The notes: generated by a model not told the origin, from the letters alone. A DNA stretch of 64,000 bases from Nemertoderma westbladi (GCA_032718475.1 JAUCBJ010002945.1:1-64000), one strand, 5' to 3'; shown: positions 38,502 through 51,976, counted from the stretch's first letter. Program-made: numbers and translations.

Positions 38502-40850
38502 CTAAAGACACACAACCGAGATGATTACAGACCCTAAAGACATACAACCGAGATGATTGCAGATCCTAAATACATACAACAGAGATGATAGCAGATCCTA
38601 AAGACACACAACCGAGATGATTGCAGACCCTAAAGACACACAACCGAGATGATTGCAGATCCTAAAGACAGAAAACCGAGATGATTGCAGATCATAAAGA
38701 CACACAACCGAGATGATTGCAGATCCTAAAGACATAAAACCGAGATGATTGCAGACCCTAAAGACATACAACCGAGATGATTGCAGACCCTAAAGACACA
38801 CAACCAAAATGATTACAGATCCTAAAGACATACAACCGAGATGATTACAGATCCTAAATACATACAACCGAGATGATTACAGATCCTAAAGACATACAAC
38901 CGAGATGATTACAGATCCTAAATACATACAACCGAGATGATTGCAGATCCTAAAGACATACAACCGAGATGATTACAGATCCTAAATACATACAACCGAG
39001 ATGATTGCAGATCATAAAGACACACAACCGAGATGATTGCAGACCCTAAAGACACACAACCGAAATGATTACAGATCCTAAAGACATACAACCGAGATGA
39101 TTGCAGACCCTAAAGACACACAACCGAAATGATTACAGATCCTAAAGACATACAACCGAGATGATTACAGATCCTAAATACATACAACCGAGATGATTGC
39201 AGATCCTAAAGACATACAACCGAGATGATTACAGATCCTAAATACATACAACCGAGATGATTGCAGATCCTAAAGACACACAACCGAGATAATAGCAGAC
39301 CCTAAAGACATACAACCGAGATGATTGCAGACCCTAAAGACACACAACCGAAATGATTACAGATCCTAAAGACATACAACCGAGATGATTACAGATCCTA
39401 AATACATACAACCGAGATGATTGCAGATCATAAAGACACACAACCGAGATGATTGCAGATCCTAAAGACATAAAACCGAGATGATTGCATACCATAACGA
39501 CATACAATCGAGATGATTTCAGATCCTAAAGACATACAACCGAGATAATAGCAGACCCTAAAGACACACAACCGAGATGATTGCAGATCCTAAAGACATA
39601 CAACCGAGATGATTGCAGACCCTAAAGACACACAACCGAGGTGATTGCAGATCCTAAAGACATACAACCGAGATGATTGCAGACCCTAAAGACATACAAC
39701 CGAGATGATTACAGATCCTAAATACATACAACCGAGATGATTACAGACCCTAAAGACACACAACCGAAATGATTACAGATCCTAAAGACATACAACCGAG
39801 ATGATTGCAGATCCTAAAGACATACAGCAGAGATGATAGCAGACCCTAAAGACACACAACCGAGATGATTACAGATCCTAAATACATACAACCGAGATGA
39901 TTGCAGATCATAAAGACATACAACCGAGATGATTACAGACCCTAAAGACATACAACCGAGATGATTGCAGATCCTAAAGACATACAGCAGAGATGATAGC
40001 AGACCCTAAAGACACACAACCGAGATGATTACAGATCCTAAATACATACAACCGAGATGATTGCAGACCCTAAAGACACACAACCGAGATGATAGCAGAT
40101 CCTAAAGACATACAACCGAGATGATAGCAGATCCTAAAGACATACAACCGAGATGATTGCAGACCCTAAAGACATACAACCGAGGTGATTGCAGATCCTA
40201 AAGACATACAACCGAGATGATTGCAGATCATAAAGACATACAACCGAGATGATTACAGACCCTAAAGACACACAACCGAAATGATTGCAGATCCTAAAGA
40301 CACACAACCGAGATGATTACAGATCCTAAAGACACACAACCGAGATGATTACAGATCCTAAATACATACAACCGAGATGATTGCAGATCCTAAAGACACA
40401 CAACCGAGATGATTGCAGATCCTAAAGACATACAACCGAGATAATAGCATACCCTAAAGACACACAACCGAGATGATTGCAGATCCTAAAGACACACAAC
40501 CGAGATGATTGCAGATCCTAAAGACACACAACCGAGGTGATTACAGATCCTAAAGACACACAACCGAGATGATTGCAGATCCTAAAGACACACAACCGAG
40601 ATGATTGCAGATCCTAAAGACATACAACCGAGATAATAGCAGACCCTAAAGACATACAACCGAGGTGATTGCAGATCCTAAATACATACAACCGAGATGA
40701 TTGCAGATCCTAAAGACATACAACCGAGATGATTGCAGATCCTAAAGACATACAACCGAGATGATTGCAGATCCTAAAGACATACAACCGAGATGATTGC
40801 AGATCCTAAAGACATACAACCGAGATGATTGCAGACCCTAAAGACACACA
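38486..40850. repeat. 32-bp minisatellite (~74 copies) whose unit spans a splice-acceptor junction
   Basis: Unit gagatgattgcagaccctaaagacacacaacc; the minus strand reads ggttgtgtgtctttAG|ggtctgcaatcatctc. Confidence 0.96.
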
Positions 40851-41706
40851 GAAACCTTATAATTACAACTTAATTTAGCCTCCCATTCTGTGAAAAATAT
40901 CAAATAAATTTACCTATTAAATATTCAATGATTAAAAAAAATTAGATACATTGTTGACTAAAAGAAGAACTGAAATCCTACTTTGTAAGAAATTTGCAAA
41001 TAAAAATATATGCTCTGTACAGTAGGTATAGTAAGCGGCTTAATTGCCTATCGTTTATCGAACCAATCACAGAGCAGAACAAATTAAGACGGTGGCGCGC
41101 CTTAGTTTGTGGAAATATACAATTATATAAATATTTGTTTAAAAAAAAACATAAAAATTACAATAACTACTTTGTTTCTCATAGTTTCCACCGTGAATCC
41201 CAGTGATATATTTATTTATGTAAATAAATTACAATATTATAATATTAAAATAAAGGGAGGGTTATCCCATATTTGTTTCCTATCGCAACCAATTAAACTC
41301 ATGCAATGGATAATTAGGGTGTCTTATAACTACTACGTTACTATGGATAATCAACATAATATTACAATCAACAGAAAGGATTACAATCGAGGATAATATT
41401 ATATAAGTTAATAATGCAACATCCCGAACAAATCAAGTTAATTATGAAAGAAGTTACCATTTTACAAACAGTACCAAAATGCGAATGAACTATGATCGAC
41501 TATTTTTATTTTACAATTTTTAGGGTCTGCATTATTAATGCAAATTTTTCTTCCAGTGGCGAATGAATTAGAATATTTCCTTAAATGTATACAGTGGGTT
41601 GCAGGTAGAGTATATATACTATTTTCCGCTTAAAAGTTTAAGTGACTTTCAATGGAAATATTTGGAAAACAATGCATTGTAAAACACTCTACTATTACAA
41701 ACAAAT

Positions 41707-41791
41707 GGTACAGTAGTAGGCCTATATACAATACGGTACAGTAGTAGGCCTATATACAATACGGTACAGTAGTAGGCCTATATACAATACG
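41707..41791. repeat. 28-bp tandem repeat, 3 copies
   Basis: ggtacagtagtaggcctatatacaatac x3. Confidence 0.9.
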
Positions 41792-42352
41792 CCTACGCAA
41801 ACAATAATTTTAGAGTATTATCGATAACGAGATTGACAAGCATAATGATAAACCAATGAAATATTGGCAAGCAAAGAGTATATTCACGGTAAATGCAATG
41901 AGGGATAACCAAAAAGTAAACGTGCGTTATTAACTTACTGCTGATGTGTAAGTTGTTATAGAAAGATAACCCAACGCTGTGGCTCCTAGAGATATAAAGA
42001 AAGCTCCATCACCATAGTAACACTGAACGAGTAAAATAACACCCACCACCGTGCCATTATTGCGTATTTAACAGGTATTAAACGGTATTAAACATAGACG
42101 ATACATAAACATTGGAAAAAGCGAAATAGCCTTAAGCATATATATATATTAAAAGCAACCTATTTGTTGAAAAGGAATTACAGTGGTTAACGCTAAAAAT
42201 ACAAATAAGTATTATACATACTGTACAATAGCAAATATATATAGATGGGTGTAGAGTATAAAAGACAGTAAAGGTAGTTTCAAAAACGATAAAATGTTAT
42301 TTTAATATAAAGTTAAAATGAAAGCTTCAAGCCTTGTTTGGTGTGTACAAAC

Positions 42353-42541
42353 CTTTAGTTCCCGACGTAGATGAACTATTTCGTCCTTATATTGAGCGAT
42401 TTGTGTCTCCTTTGCCTTTAGCTCCTTAGTCGCCTCTACGTTGTCCGTATTGTTGGTAACCTCTTCCCTGTATCGACGTTCCAGCTCTTCTACTTTTGCA
42501 TCCAAGTTTCGCTTCTCTCGTTCAAAAACGTTCGCCAAGTT
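42353..42541 (-). CDS. NINL: Ninein-like exon (NLANVFEREKRNLDAKVEELE...LRRELK)
   Basis: gacAG acceptor, GTTTGT donor, 189 nt, phase 0-0, heptad pattern. Confidence 0.75.
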
Positions 42542-42736
42542 CTGTCAATCAGATGGCAGTATTAGCGATAAGGTAAAATTATATTGTATTGTTAACGAGT
42601 AATACTTCTGTAATAAATTAAGTGATATACTTCTGCGCGAGGTGGACTTCTATTGGTTAGCCACATGTCTAGGTACAAATTAAACGTCGAGGAGGTCAAG
42701 CTGCAGGCGCCTGACGAAACCACCAAAAACAGTTAA

Positions 42737-45700
42737 AGCCAAGGACAAGCATCCACTGGCGACAGCAGAGCCAAGGACAAGCATCCACTGGCGACAGCAG
42801 AGCCAAGGACAAGCATCCACTGGCGACAGCTGAGCCAAGGGCAAGCATCCACTGGCGATTGAAGAGCCAAGGGCAAGCATTCACTGCCGACAGCAGAGCC
42901 AAAGGCAAGCATCCACTGGCGATTTAAGAGCCAAGGGCAAGCATCCACTGGCGACAGCAGAGCCAAGGACAAGCATCCACTGGCGACACTAGAGCCAAGG
43001 GCAAGTATCCACTGGCGACAGCAGAGCCAAGGGCAAGCATCCAATGGCGACGACAGACCAAAGGGCAAGCATCCACTGGCGATTGAAGAGCCAAGGGCAA
43101 GCATCCACTGGCGACAGCAGAGCCAAGGGCAAGCATCCACTGGCGACAGCAGAGCCAAGGGCAAGTATCCAATGACGACAGCAGAGCCAAGGACAAGCAT
43201 CCACTGGCGATTGAAGAGCCAAGGGCAAGCATCCACTGGCGACAGCAGAGCCAAGGACAAGCATCCACTGGCGATTGAAGAGCCAAGGGCAAGCATTCAC
43301 TGCCGACAGCAGAGCCAAAGGCAAGCATCCACTGGCGATTTAAGAGCCAAGGGCAAGCATCCACTGGCGACAGCAGAGCCAAGGACAAGCATCCATTGGC
43401 GACAGTAGAGCCAAGGGCAAGTATCCACTGGCGACAGCAGAGCCAAGGGCAAGCATCCAATGGCGACGGCAGACCAAAGGGCAAGCATCCACTGGCGATT
43501 GAAGAGCCAAGGGCAAGCATCCACTGGCGACAGCAGAGCCAAGGGCAAGCATCCACTGGCGATTGAAGAGCCAAGGGCAAGCATCCACTGGCGACAGCAG
43601 AGCCAAAGGCAAGCATCCACTGGCGACAGCAGAGCCAAGGGCAAGTATCCACTGACGACAGCAGAGCCAAGGGCAAGCATCCAATGGCGACGGCAGACCA
43701 AAGGGCAAGCATCCACTGGCGACAGCAGAGCCAAGGGCAAGCATCCACTGGCGATTGAAGAGCCAAGGACAAGCATCCACTGGCGACAGCAGAGCCAAGG
43801 GCAAGAATCCACTGGCGACAGCAGAGCCAAATGCAAGCATCCACTGGCGATTGAAGAGCCAAGAGCAAGCATCCACTGGCGACAGCAGAGCCAAAGGCAA
43901 GCATCCACTGGCGATTGAAGAGCCAAGGGCAAGTATCCACTGGCGATTGAAGAGCCAAGGACAAGCATCCACTGGCGACAGCAGAGCCAAGGGCAAGAAT
44001 CCACTGGCGACAGCAGAGCCAAAGGCAAGCATCCACTGGCGATTGAAGAGCCAAGGACAAGCATCCACTAGCGACAGCAGAGCCAAGGGCAAGCATCCAC
44101 TGGCGATTGAAGAGCCAAGGTCAAGCATCCACTGGCGATTGAAGAGCCAAGGGCAAGCATTCACTGCCGACAGCAGAGCCAAAGGCAAGCATCCACTGGC
44201 GATTGAAGAGCCAACGGCAAGCATCCACTGGTGACAGCAGAACCAAGGGCAAGCATCCACTGGCGACAGCAGAGCCAAGGGCAAGCATCCACTGGCGACT
44301 GTACATCAAGGGCAAGCATCCACTGGCGACAGCAGAGCCAAGGGCAAGCATCCACTGGCGATTGAAGAGCCAAGGACAAGCATCCACTGGCGACAGCAGA
44401 GCCAAGGGCAAGCATCCAATGGCGATGGAAGAGCCAAGGACAAGCATCCACTGGCGATGGAAGAGCCAAGGACAAGCATCCACTGGCGACAGCAGAGCCA
44501 AGGGCAAGCATCCACTAGCGACAGCAGAGCCAAGGGCAAGCATCCACTGGCGATTGAAGATCCAAGGTCAAGCATCCACTGGCGATTGAAGAGCCAAGGG
44601 CAAGCATTCACTGCCGACAGCAGAGCCAAAGGCAAGCATCCACTGGCGATTGAAGAGCCAAGTGCAAGCATCCACTGGCGACAGCAGAGCTAAGGGCAAA
44701 CATCCACTGGCGATTGAAGAGCCAACGGCAAGCATCCACTGGTGACAGCAGAACCAAGGGCAAGCATCCACTGGCGACAGCAGAGCCAAGGGCAAGCATC
44801 CACTGGCGACTGTACATCAAGGGCAAGCATCCACTGGCGACAGCAGAGCCAAGGGCAAGCATCCACTGGCGATTGAAGAGCCAAGGACAAGCATCCACTG
44901 GCGACAGCAGAGCCAAGGGCAAGCATCCAATGGCGATGGAAGAGCCAAGGTCAAGCATCCACTGGCGATGGAAGAGCCAAGGACAAGCATCCACTGGCGA
45001 TAGCAGAGCCAAGGGCAAGCATCCACTGGCGACAGCAGAGCCAAGGACAAGCATCCACTGGCGACAGCAGAGCCAAGGACAAGCATCCACTGGCGACAGC
45101 AGAGCCAAGGGCAAGCATCCACTGGCGATTGAAGAGCCAAGGGCAAGCATTCACTGCCGACAGCAGAGCCAAAGGCAAGCATCCACTGGCGATTTAAGAG
45201 CCAAGGGCAAGCATCCACTGGCGACAGCAGAGCCAAGGACAAGCATCCACTGGCGACACTAGAGCCAAGGGCAAGTATCCACTGGCGACAGCAGAGCCAA
45301 GGGCAAGCATCCAATGGCGACGACAGACCAAAGGGCAAGCATCCACTGGCGATTGAAGAGCCAAGGGCAAGCATCCACTGGCGACAGCAGAGCCAAGGGC
45401 AAGCATCCACTGGCGACAGCAGAGCCAAGGGCAAGTATCCAATGACGACAGCAGAGCCAAGGACAAGCATCCACTGGCGATTGAAGAGCCAAGGGCAAGC
45501 ATCCACTGGCGACAGCAGAGCCAAGGACAAGCATCCACTGGCGATTGAAGAGCCAAGGGCAAGCATTCACTGCCGACAGCAGAGCCAAAGGCAAGCATCC
45601 ACTGGCGATTTAAGAGCCAAGGGCAAGCATCCACTGGCGACAGCAGAGCCAAGGACAAGCATCCATTGGCGACAGTAGAGCCAAGGGCAAGTATCCACTG

Positions 45701-47556
45701 GCGACAGCAGAGCCAAGGGCAAGCATCCAATGGCGACGGCAGACCAAAGGGCAAGCATCCACTGGCGATTGAAGAGCCAAGGGCAAGCATCCACTGGCGA
45801 CAGCAGAGCCAAGGGCAAGCATCCACTGGCGATTGAAGAGCCAAGGGCAAGCATCCACTGGCGACAGCAGAGCCAAAGGCAAGCATCCACTGGCGACAGC
45901 AGAGCCAAGGGCAAGTATCCACTGACGACAGCAGAGCCAAGGGCAAGCATCCAATGGCGACGGCAGACCAAAGGGCAAGCATCCACTGGCGACAGCAGAG
46001 CCAAGGGCAAGCATCCACTGGCGATTGAAGAGCCAAGGACAAGCATCCACTGGCGACAGCAGAGCCAAGGGCAAGAATCCACTGGCGACAGCAGAGCCAA
46101 ATGCAAGCATCCACTGGCGATTGAAGAGCCAAGAGCAAGCATCCACTGGCGACAGCAGAGCCAAAGGCAAGCATCCACTGGCGATTGAAGAGCCAAGGGC
46201 AAGTATCCACTGGCGATTGAAGAGCCAAGGACAAGCATCCACTGGCGACAGCAGAGCCAAGGGCAAGAATCCACTGGCGACAGCAGAGCCAAAGGCAAGC
46301 ATCCACTGGCGATTGAAGAGCCAAGGACAAGCATCCACTAGCGACAGCAGAGCCAAGGGCAAGCATCCACTGGCGATTGAAGAGCCAAGGTCAAGCATCC
46401 ACTGGCGATTGAAGAGCCAAGGGCAAGCATTCACTGCCGACAGCAGAGCCAAAGGCAAGCATCCACTGGCGATTGAAGAGCCAACGGCAAGCATCCACTG
46501 GTGACAGCAGAACCAAGGGCAAGCATCCACTGGCGACAGCAGAGCCAAGGGCAAGCATCCACTGGCGACTGTACATCAAGGGCAAGCATCCACTGGCGAC
46601 AGCAGAGCCAAGGGCAAGCATCCACTGGCGATTGAAGAGCCAAGGACAAGCATCAACTGGCGACAGCAGAGCCAAGGGCAAGCATCCAATGGCGATGGAA
46701 GAGCCAAGGACAAGCATCCACTGGCGATGGAAGAGCCAAGGACAAGCATCCACTGGCGACAGCAGAGCCAAGGGCAAGCATCCACTAGCGACAGCAGAGC
46801 CAAGGGCAAGCATCCACTGGCGATTGAAGATCCAAGGTCAAGCATCCACTGGCGATTGAAGAGCCTAGGGCAAGCATTCACTGCCGACAGCAGAGCCAAA
46901 GGCAAGCATCCACTGGCGATTGAAGAGCCAAGGGCAAGCATCCACTGGCGACAGCAGAGCTAAGGGCAAACATCCACTGGCGATTGAAGAGCCAACGGCA
47001 AGCATCCACTGGTGACAGCAGAACCAAGGGCAAGCATCCACTGGCGACAGCAGAGCCAAGGGCAAGCATCCACTGGCGACTGTACATCAAGGGCAAGCAT
47101 CCACTGGCGACAGCAGAGCCAAGGGCAAGCATCCACTGGCGATTGAAGAGCCAAGGACAAGCATCCACTGGCGACAGCAGAGCCAAGGGCAAGCATCCAA
47201 TGGCGATGGAAGAGCCAAGGACAAGCATCCACTGGCGATGGAAGAGCCAAGGACAAGCATCCACTGGCGACAGCAGAGCCAAGGACAAGCTCCACTGGCG
47301 ACAGCAGAGCCAAGGGCAAGCATCCACTGGCGACAGCAGAGCCAAATGCAAGCAACCACTGGCGACAGCAGAGCCAAGGGCAAGCATCCACTGCACTGGC
47401 GACAGCAGAGCCAAGGGCAAGCATCCACTGGCGACGGTACATCAAGGGCAAGCATCCACTGGCGACAGCAGAGCCAAGGGCAAGCATCCACTGGCGATTG
47501 AAGAGCCAAGGACAAGCATCCACTGGCGACAGCAGAGCCAAGGGCAAGCATCCACT
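42737..47556. repeat. 32-bp intronic minisatellite (~150 copies) with 2270-bp and 511-bp higher-order duplications
   Basis: Unit gagccaagggcaagcatccactggcgacagca; identical ORF translations recur at +2270 (42924/45194) and near-identical ones at +511 (44203/44714). Confidence 0.97.
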
Positions 47557-48286
47557 ACTGGTGACGACAACATTGGAAAACCTTGTAATGTAATATTGTA
47601 GAATACTTAAATTATAACTAATATTTAGATTTATTGTAAACTAGGCTTAATGTGTATTATAATGTGTGAACTAGATGTAATGTGCAAAATATAACTGAAT
47701 AAGTGAATGTCAGTGCAATAGAAAGTGAATTTTGAAAAGCCGCGCATATGTGGTGTGCAAGTGGCTGTGCCGTGGGTTGTGATTAGATTACATCTTATGA
47801 GTGTCGGTGCAGAGATAAATGTGATTTTAAAATGCCATCCCAATACGCCATATACCACAACACGCCCAATACGAACACCCCGAAAATATCTGTGTACTGA
47901 GATTATTAGGAAAATTTTGTAGAACCAGTGTCAAATTTTAAGAAACTTCGTTTCTTAAAACTTCGTTTTAACTGATCCATTTCTCAAGAGATTTTTATCT
48001 CATCTCATCTTATCTTAAGCAAAGTTTGTATCTCTTCCATATAAAATTTAAAACTTTAGGATAAAACACGCGAATATCAATTGAGATAGATATATAGGAC
48101 ATTTGAGTGCGATCGTGTACAACCGCTGTCATCCTAATTTTTGATACACACGGAACTTCCACCAGTGATGTGATAAAAGTGGTTAAAACACCGAAAAGCA
48201 TAAACATGCTGCCTCAAATTAATTCCATTTCAATAAACAAAATAACCAGTCCCAAAGTTGTGGAAGATCGAGATACTGTAACCCAC

Positions 48287-48859
48287 CTTTTTCTGACATG
48301 CACTTTCCTCCAACTGGAGTTGAAGATTTTTTTCACGAATTTTAAACTCTTTTTCCTGATTAACTCCCTTCCGATGACCCTCCGAGCGCTCTTTATCCAG
48401 GGCTTCGGAGATTTCGTTTAACTGTGTTTGAAGATTTTGTTCGCGATTTTTACACTCACTCAGTTGTTTTTCAAGTTTCTGATGATTTTCACTACGTTCT
48501 TTGTCTAAAGCATCAGAAATATCGTTTAACTGTGTTTGAAGAACTTGCTCTCGCATTTTAAATTCTTTCTTTTGATTTTCATCCTTCTCATAACTCACAG
48601 TGCGTTCCTTATCCCTAGTCTCGTTTAGTTGGTTGATCTGTGTTTGAAGGTCGTCTTTCCTCTCGTTCGCCCGTTCCAGCTCGGTTTCTAACTCCACTTT
48701 ATTCTCGTTCACAAGACTCAGCTTCTGTTCCAAACCGTGGGCTATTCGTGAGGTATCTTGTAACCTGGACAACTCTCGCTCCAACGACACAATCCGTTCG
48801 TCGCGCGACAAACAACCCAGCTCTAGATCGTTTATTTTCGAAGAGGCAATGCGATTTAT
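48287..48859 (-). CDS. NINL: Ninein-like large coiled-coil exon (INRIASSKINDLELG...EESACQKK)
   Basis: ttttAG acceptor, GTGGGT donor, 573 nt, phase 0-0; internal peptide repeat REQxLQTQLNxISxALDKERSE. Confidence 0.75.
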
Positions 48860-50424
48860 CTAAAACAGATAACAAATTCTTAGTAATTATTATCAATGCA
48901 ACGATGAATTTATCCAATAAACAATGGGAAATAACTGGACACTTGCAACCAGTGAGCTGGATTATAGTGGGTGGATGGGAAAGAATAGAAAATAAAAGCT
49001 GACGTGCTCTTTCAAGGATTCCAAAATGTATTACATATAAAAACTATCTGGAAAACTTCATCAGGGTTCCAAAAGCTTATGTAATTAAACTCAAATATTA
49101 TAATATTCATGAAACTAAAATCAATTTATGCAACTAATTCAATAACTCAAACAATGTGACACTTAACATTAAATCTATCATCTACGCCATAGAATGCTAA
49201 ACTTAAGATGGAACTATATATATGCCAACCCTTGGGGCCACCATAGGACCACCAATTTTTTTTATAATGTTGTAGACAATAATTGAAAGTCGAGTTAATT
49301 AAAAAAAATGGCATCATGCTCGTTTCCATGTTATAGGGAAACGTTTTCAATCTAAACAATTTATTGTACTGTAACTCCTCACACATACATTAGTTAAAGT
49401 TGCGTTATGTGTATCACAAACGATACAATGCGCATCTGTTTACGCTAAAATATTGATTGATTCTCTAATAATAAAATTAAAAAGAAGTGGCAAAAACAAT
49501 CAACAAATTAAAAGTGCTGCCAATTTTTCAAGGTTGATAGAAATTGAAAACGGTTTCGATACTTAGAATCAACGCATCTAAATTAACCGCAAAAGTTGTT
49601 TGTTTTGGACAAAACAGTTTTTCATTGTCCCCATTTACTTTTTGTTATCTAGGAAAAGTGTTTCTATCTGCTTCTTTTTAAGCTGAAAATTGCTTATTTC
49701 ATTTAAGAAGTTATTTGATTATTTTGTAAGAAAAGCAATTTTTAACCTTTTACTTGAAAAATTAATCTGTTACCATAGAAACTACCCACTACGATGCGAT
49801 GGCGCAGACTTTTTTTCGAAAATTAACCCTGCTAATATCATAATAGGATTTTGTTCAGAAATAGAAAAAACGAAGGGTGATTAAGTCTAAATCCAGTATT
49901 TCACATGGCCCTCTCCACGTTCACCGTAATATAGAAGTTCTAGAAATTATATATTACTTTCACTATCCCGATATTTTTATTGTCGATCCCGATACTTTTC
50001 CCTTGTTAGGGTACATTCAGCCCCTAGTTGTGGTCACAATGGATGCGTTACCAGGAAAGACAACCAATTTCACGGATAACGTATCATTATTCTGTCCTAT
50101 ACCCGTTTTGATTTGGTTGTGATTGGAATTGCTTGGTATGATATCCGATCACATCAATTAAATGTGCTGGTTTATAAATTTAATAAAAAAGAACTCAGAG
50201 TAAGTTTGGAACCGGTATAAGAACCTAGGCTCCCAATAAATGTAAATAAGTACATTCAAATAACTTGCACTCCAAACAAATCCATATGTATTTTTACAGA
50301 TTTGGAACCGATGTAGCTTAAAGCTCACCTTTCCATCTCAGCACTAAGAATCACTATAAATAAAGACAAAGTATTGTTAGAGCAGATGGTGCAATATCAA
50401 TTGCAATCAGAATACCTTGTAACA

Positions 50425-50580
50425 AAAGTTTGAAAGCAAAAACAATAATTCTGACTCACCCAGAGCAGAAAATAGGGAGGGATGCATCTGTATCAAATGT
50501 CATGAAATTAAGATCTTATTTTTAAGGGTTTTTATAGTTTCTACAGTAGAAATTAGGGAGGGAGGGGGGGGGGGGGTCTT
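50425..50580 (-). mobile_element. Degenerate arm of the fold-back MITE family
   Basis: tgaaagcaaaaac...attctgactcacccag...poly-G resembles 29740-29870. Confidence 0.5.
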
Positions 50581-50750
50581 ACTGATTTACCAATATATAA
50601 CTGAAACTCGCGTAAATACTGACTGAAAATGTAGATTAAAAATGTTTATAACTTGGTTTTAGAAATGTATAATTTATTGTTTGCAATAGAAGTGATTTTG
50701 AAAATGATTAAGCTGTTAAGTTATGTTAGCGAAATTACCCAACATTAGTA

Positions 50751-51761
50751 TTATGGCCTATTTAAATGGTAATCATAGAACTCTTTCTTGCTCTTATCAT
50801 GTTTTTCCTTCAGAGCCACCTGTTTAGGATGCCACACATTGAAGGGAGTGTGGTAACAATCCATATTGGTGAACATGTATTTAACAAGTTGCCTTTTATC
50901 CTTCTTGGGAGATTCGTCGAATTCTAACTCATCCCACTCCTTATCATCTATATCCTGTTTAACGGAAACCCCTCGCATATTAGGATCTTTAGAATCGGTG
51001 CCAAGGTCTTTACTACTCAAGTCCTTAGAGCTCTCGTTAATATTGAGTTCCTTAGCATCCGACCTCAGTCGGAAGGTTAGCCTACCGGTACACGACAGAT
51101 TAATCTCCCCGACATCCTCAGATCTCTCCGGAAGTTCCCCTGCAACCTCCAACGGGTCGATCCGAACTAAATGTTTAATAACGTAGAGTTTCGCGTTGAT
51201 TCCAGGGGAGTTGCGCATTACCACAGGACGCAACCTTCGGTACAGTCCCAGATGGTCTATCATCTCTTTCTCCCAGTACGGACGCCCTTTGATACACTTG
51301 TGTCGTCGGACCACATGGAATCGCGCTGCGCTCTTCTTATCGGCTGGCTTAAAGAAATCCGGCGGGGGTTTGTCCGTCTGGTTGTCCATTGCCCAGGGCA
51401 GTCGCGGTTTCAACGGCTCGAACTTAAACGCTTTCATCGGCAAACCGTCGCCATCTAACGGGTGGCCTTCCTTCTTGATATTGTAAGTAAAGTCTGTGTA
51501 ACTGTTGCCTGTCCGTTGCCATGGATTCCACTCATGCACCAGACCGACTTCCTTCAGGAATGGGATCTGTCTATTAGCAATCCGCGTGAATTTACCTTCC
51601 TTTCGTTTTCTACTCAAAGATTTCCTATCGTCGTACATTAAATAGGATGAGATGGATAAGGGGCGAGCCACAAACTCACGTGTTTTACCGGTACGATGTG
51701 ATATCATACCTGTACCGTTCGAGGGACCACTTAGTATAAATGTCGGTCGTAGAAGGGCCAT
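50751..51761 (-). CDS. MRPL30: Mitochondrial ribosomal protein uL30m, intronless, ~336 aa from the first ATG
   Basis: FHVVRRHKCIKGRPYWEKEMIDHLGL...VVMRNSPGINAKLYVIKHLVRIDPL is the uL30m core; basic N-terminus compatible with a mitochondrial presequence; AATAAA at ~50675. Confidence 0.88.
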   Translation of the reverse strand: MALLRPTFILSGPSNGTGMISHRTGKTREFVARPLSISSYLMYDDRKSLSRKRKEGKFTRIANRQIPFLKEVGLVHEWNPWQRTGNSYTDFTYNIKKEGHPLDGDGLPMKAFKFEPLKPRLPWAMDNQTDKPPPDFFKPADKKSAARFHVVRRHKCIKGRPYWEKEMIDHLGLYRRLRPVVMRNSPGINAKLYVIKHLVRIDPLEVAGELPERSEDVGEINLSCTGRLTFRLRSDAKELNINESSKDLSSKDLGTDSKDPNMRGVSVKQDIDDKEWDELEFDESPKKDKRQLVKYMFTNMDCYHTPFNVWHPKQVALKEKHDKSKKEFYDYHLNRP

Positions 51762-51976
51762 CACTACTGCACTACGCTCTCCCACCTTCTCCGCTGTCTG
51801 GTTGCTCCTCTCAGCTGCTCAGCCTATCTTGGTTGTAAACTTGTTACCAGTAGCTGGGTAGCCTATATCCAGATATCTCTATATCGAACCGATGAGTTAT
51901 TGATTATGAGTTATTGTTAATACTGCAGTACCGGTACTGCGGCGGTACGGTAGGCCTACTGCATACTGTAACTACG

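Noticed and set aside
41517-41532. tttagggtctgca, an inverted match to the amplified acceptor motif
   Set aside because: Only ~13 bp in AT-rich DNA; could be chance.
42680-47601. Dozens of Cys/Trp-rich ORFs
   Set aside because: The 32-bp unit cycles through all frames; the array is intronic.
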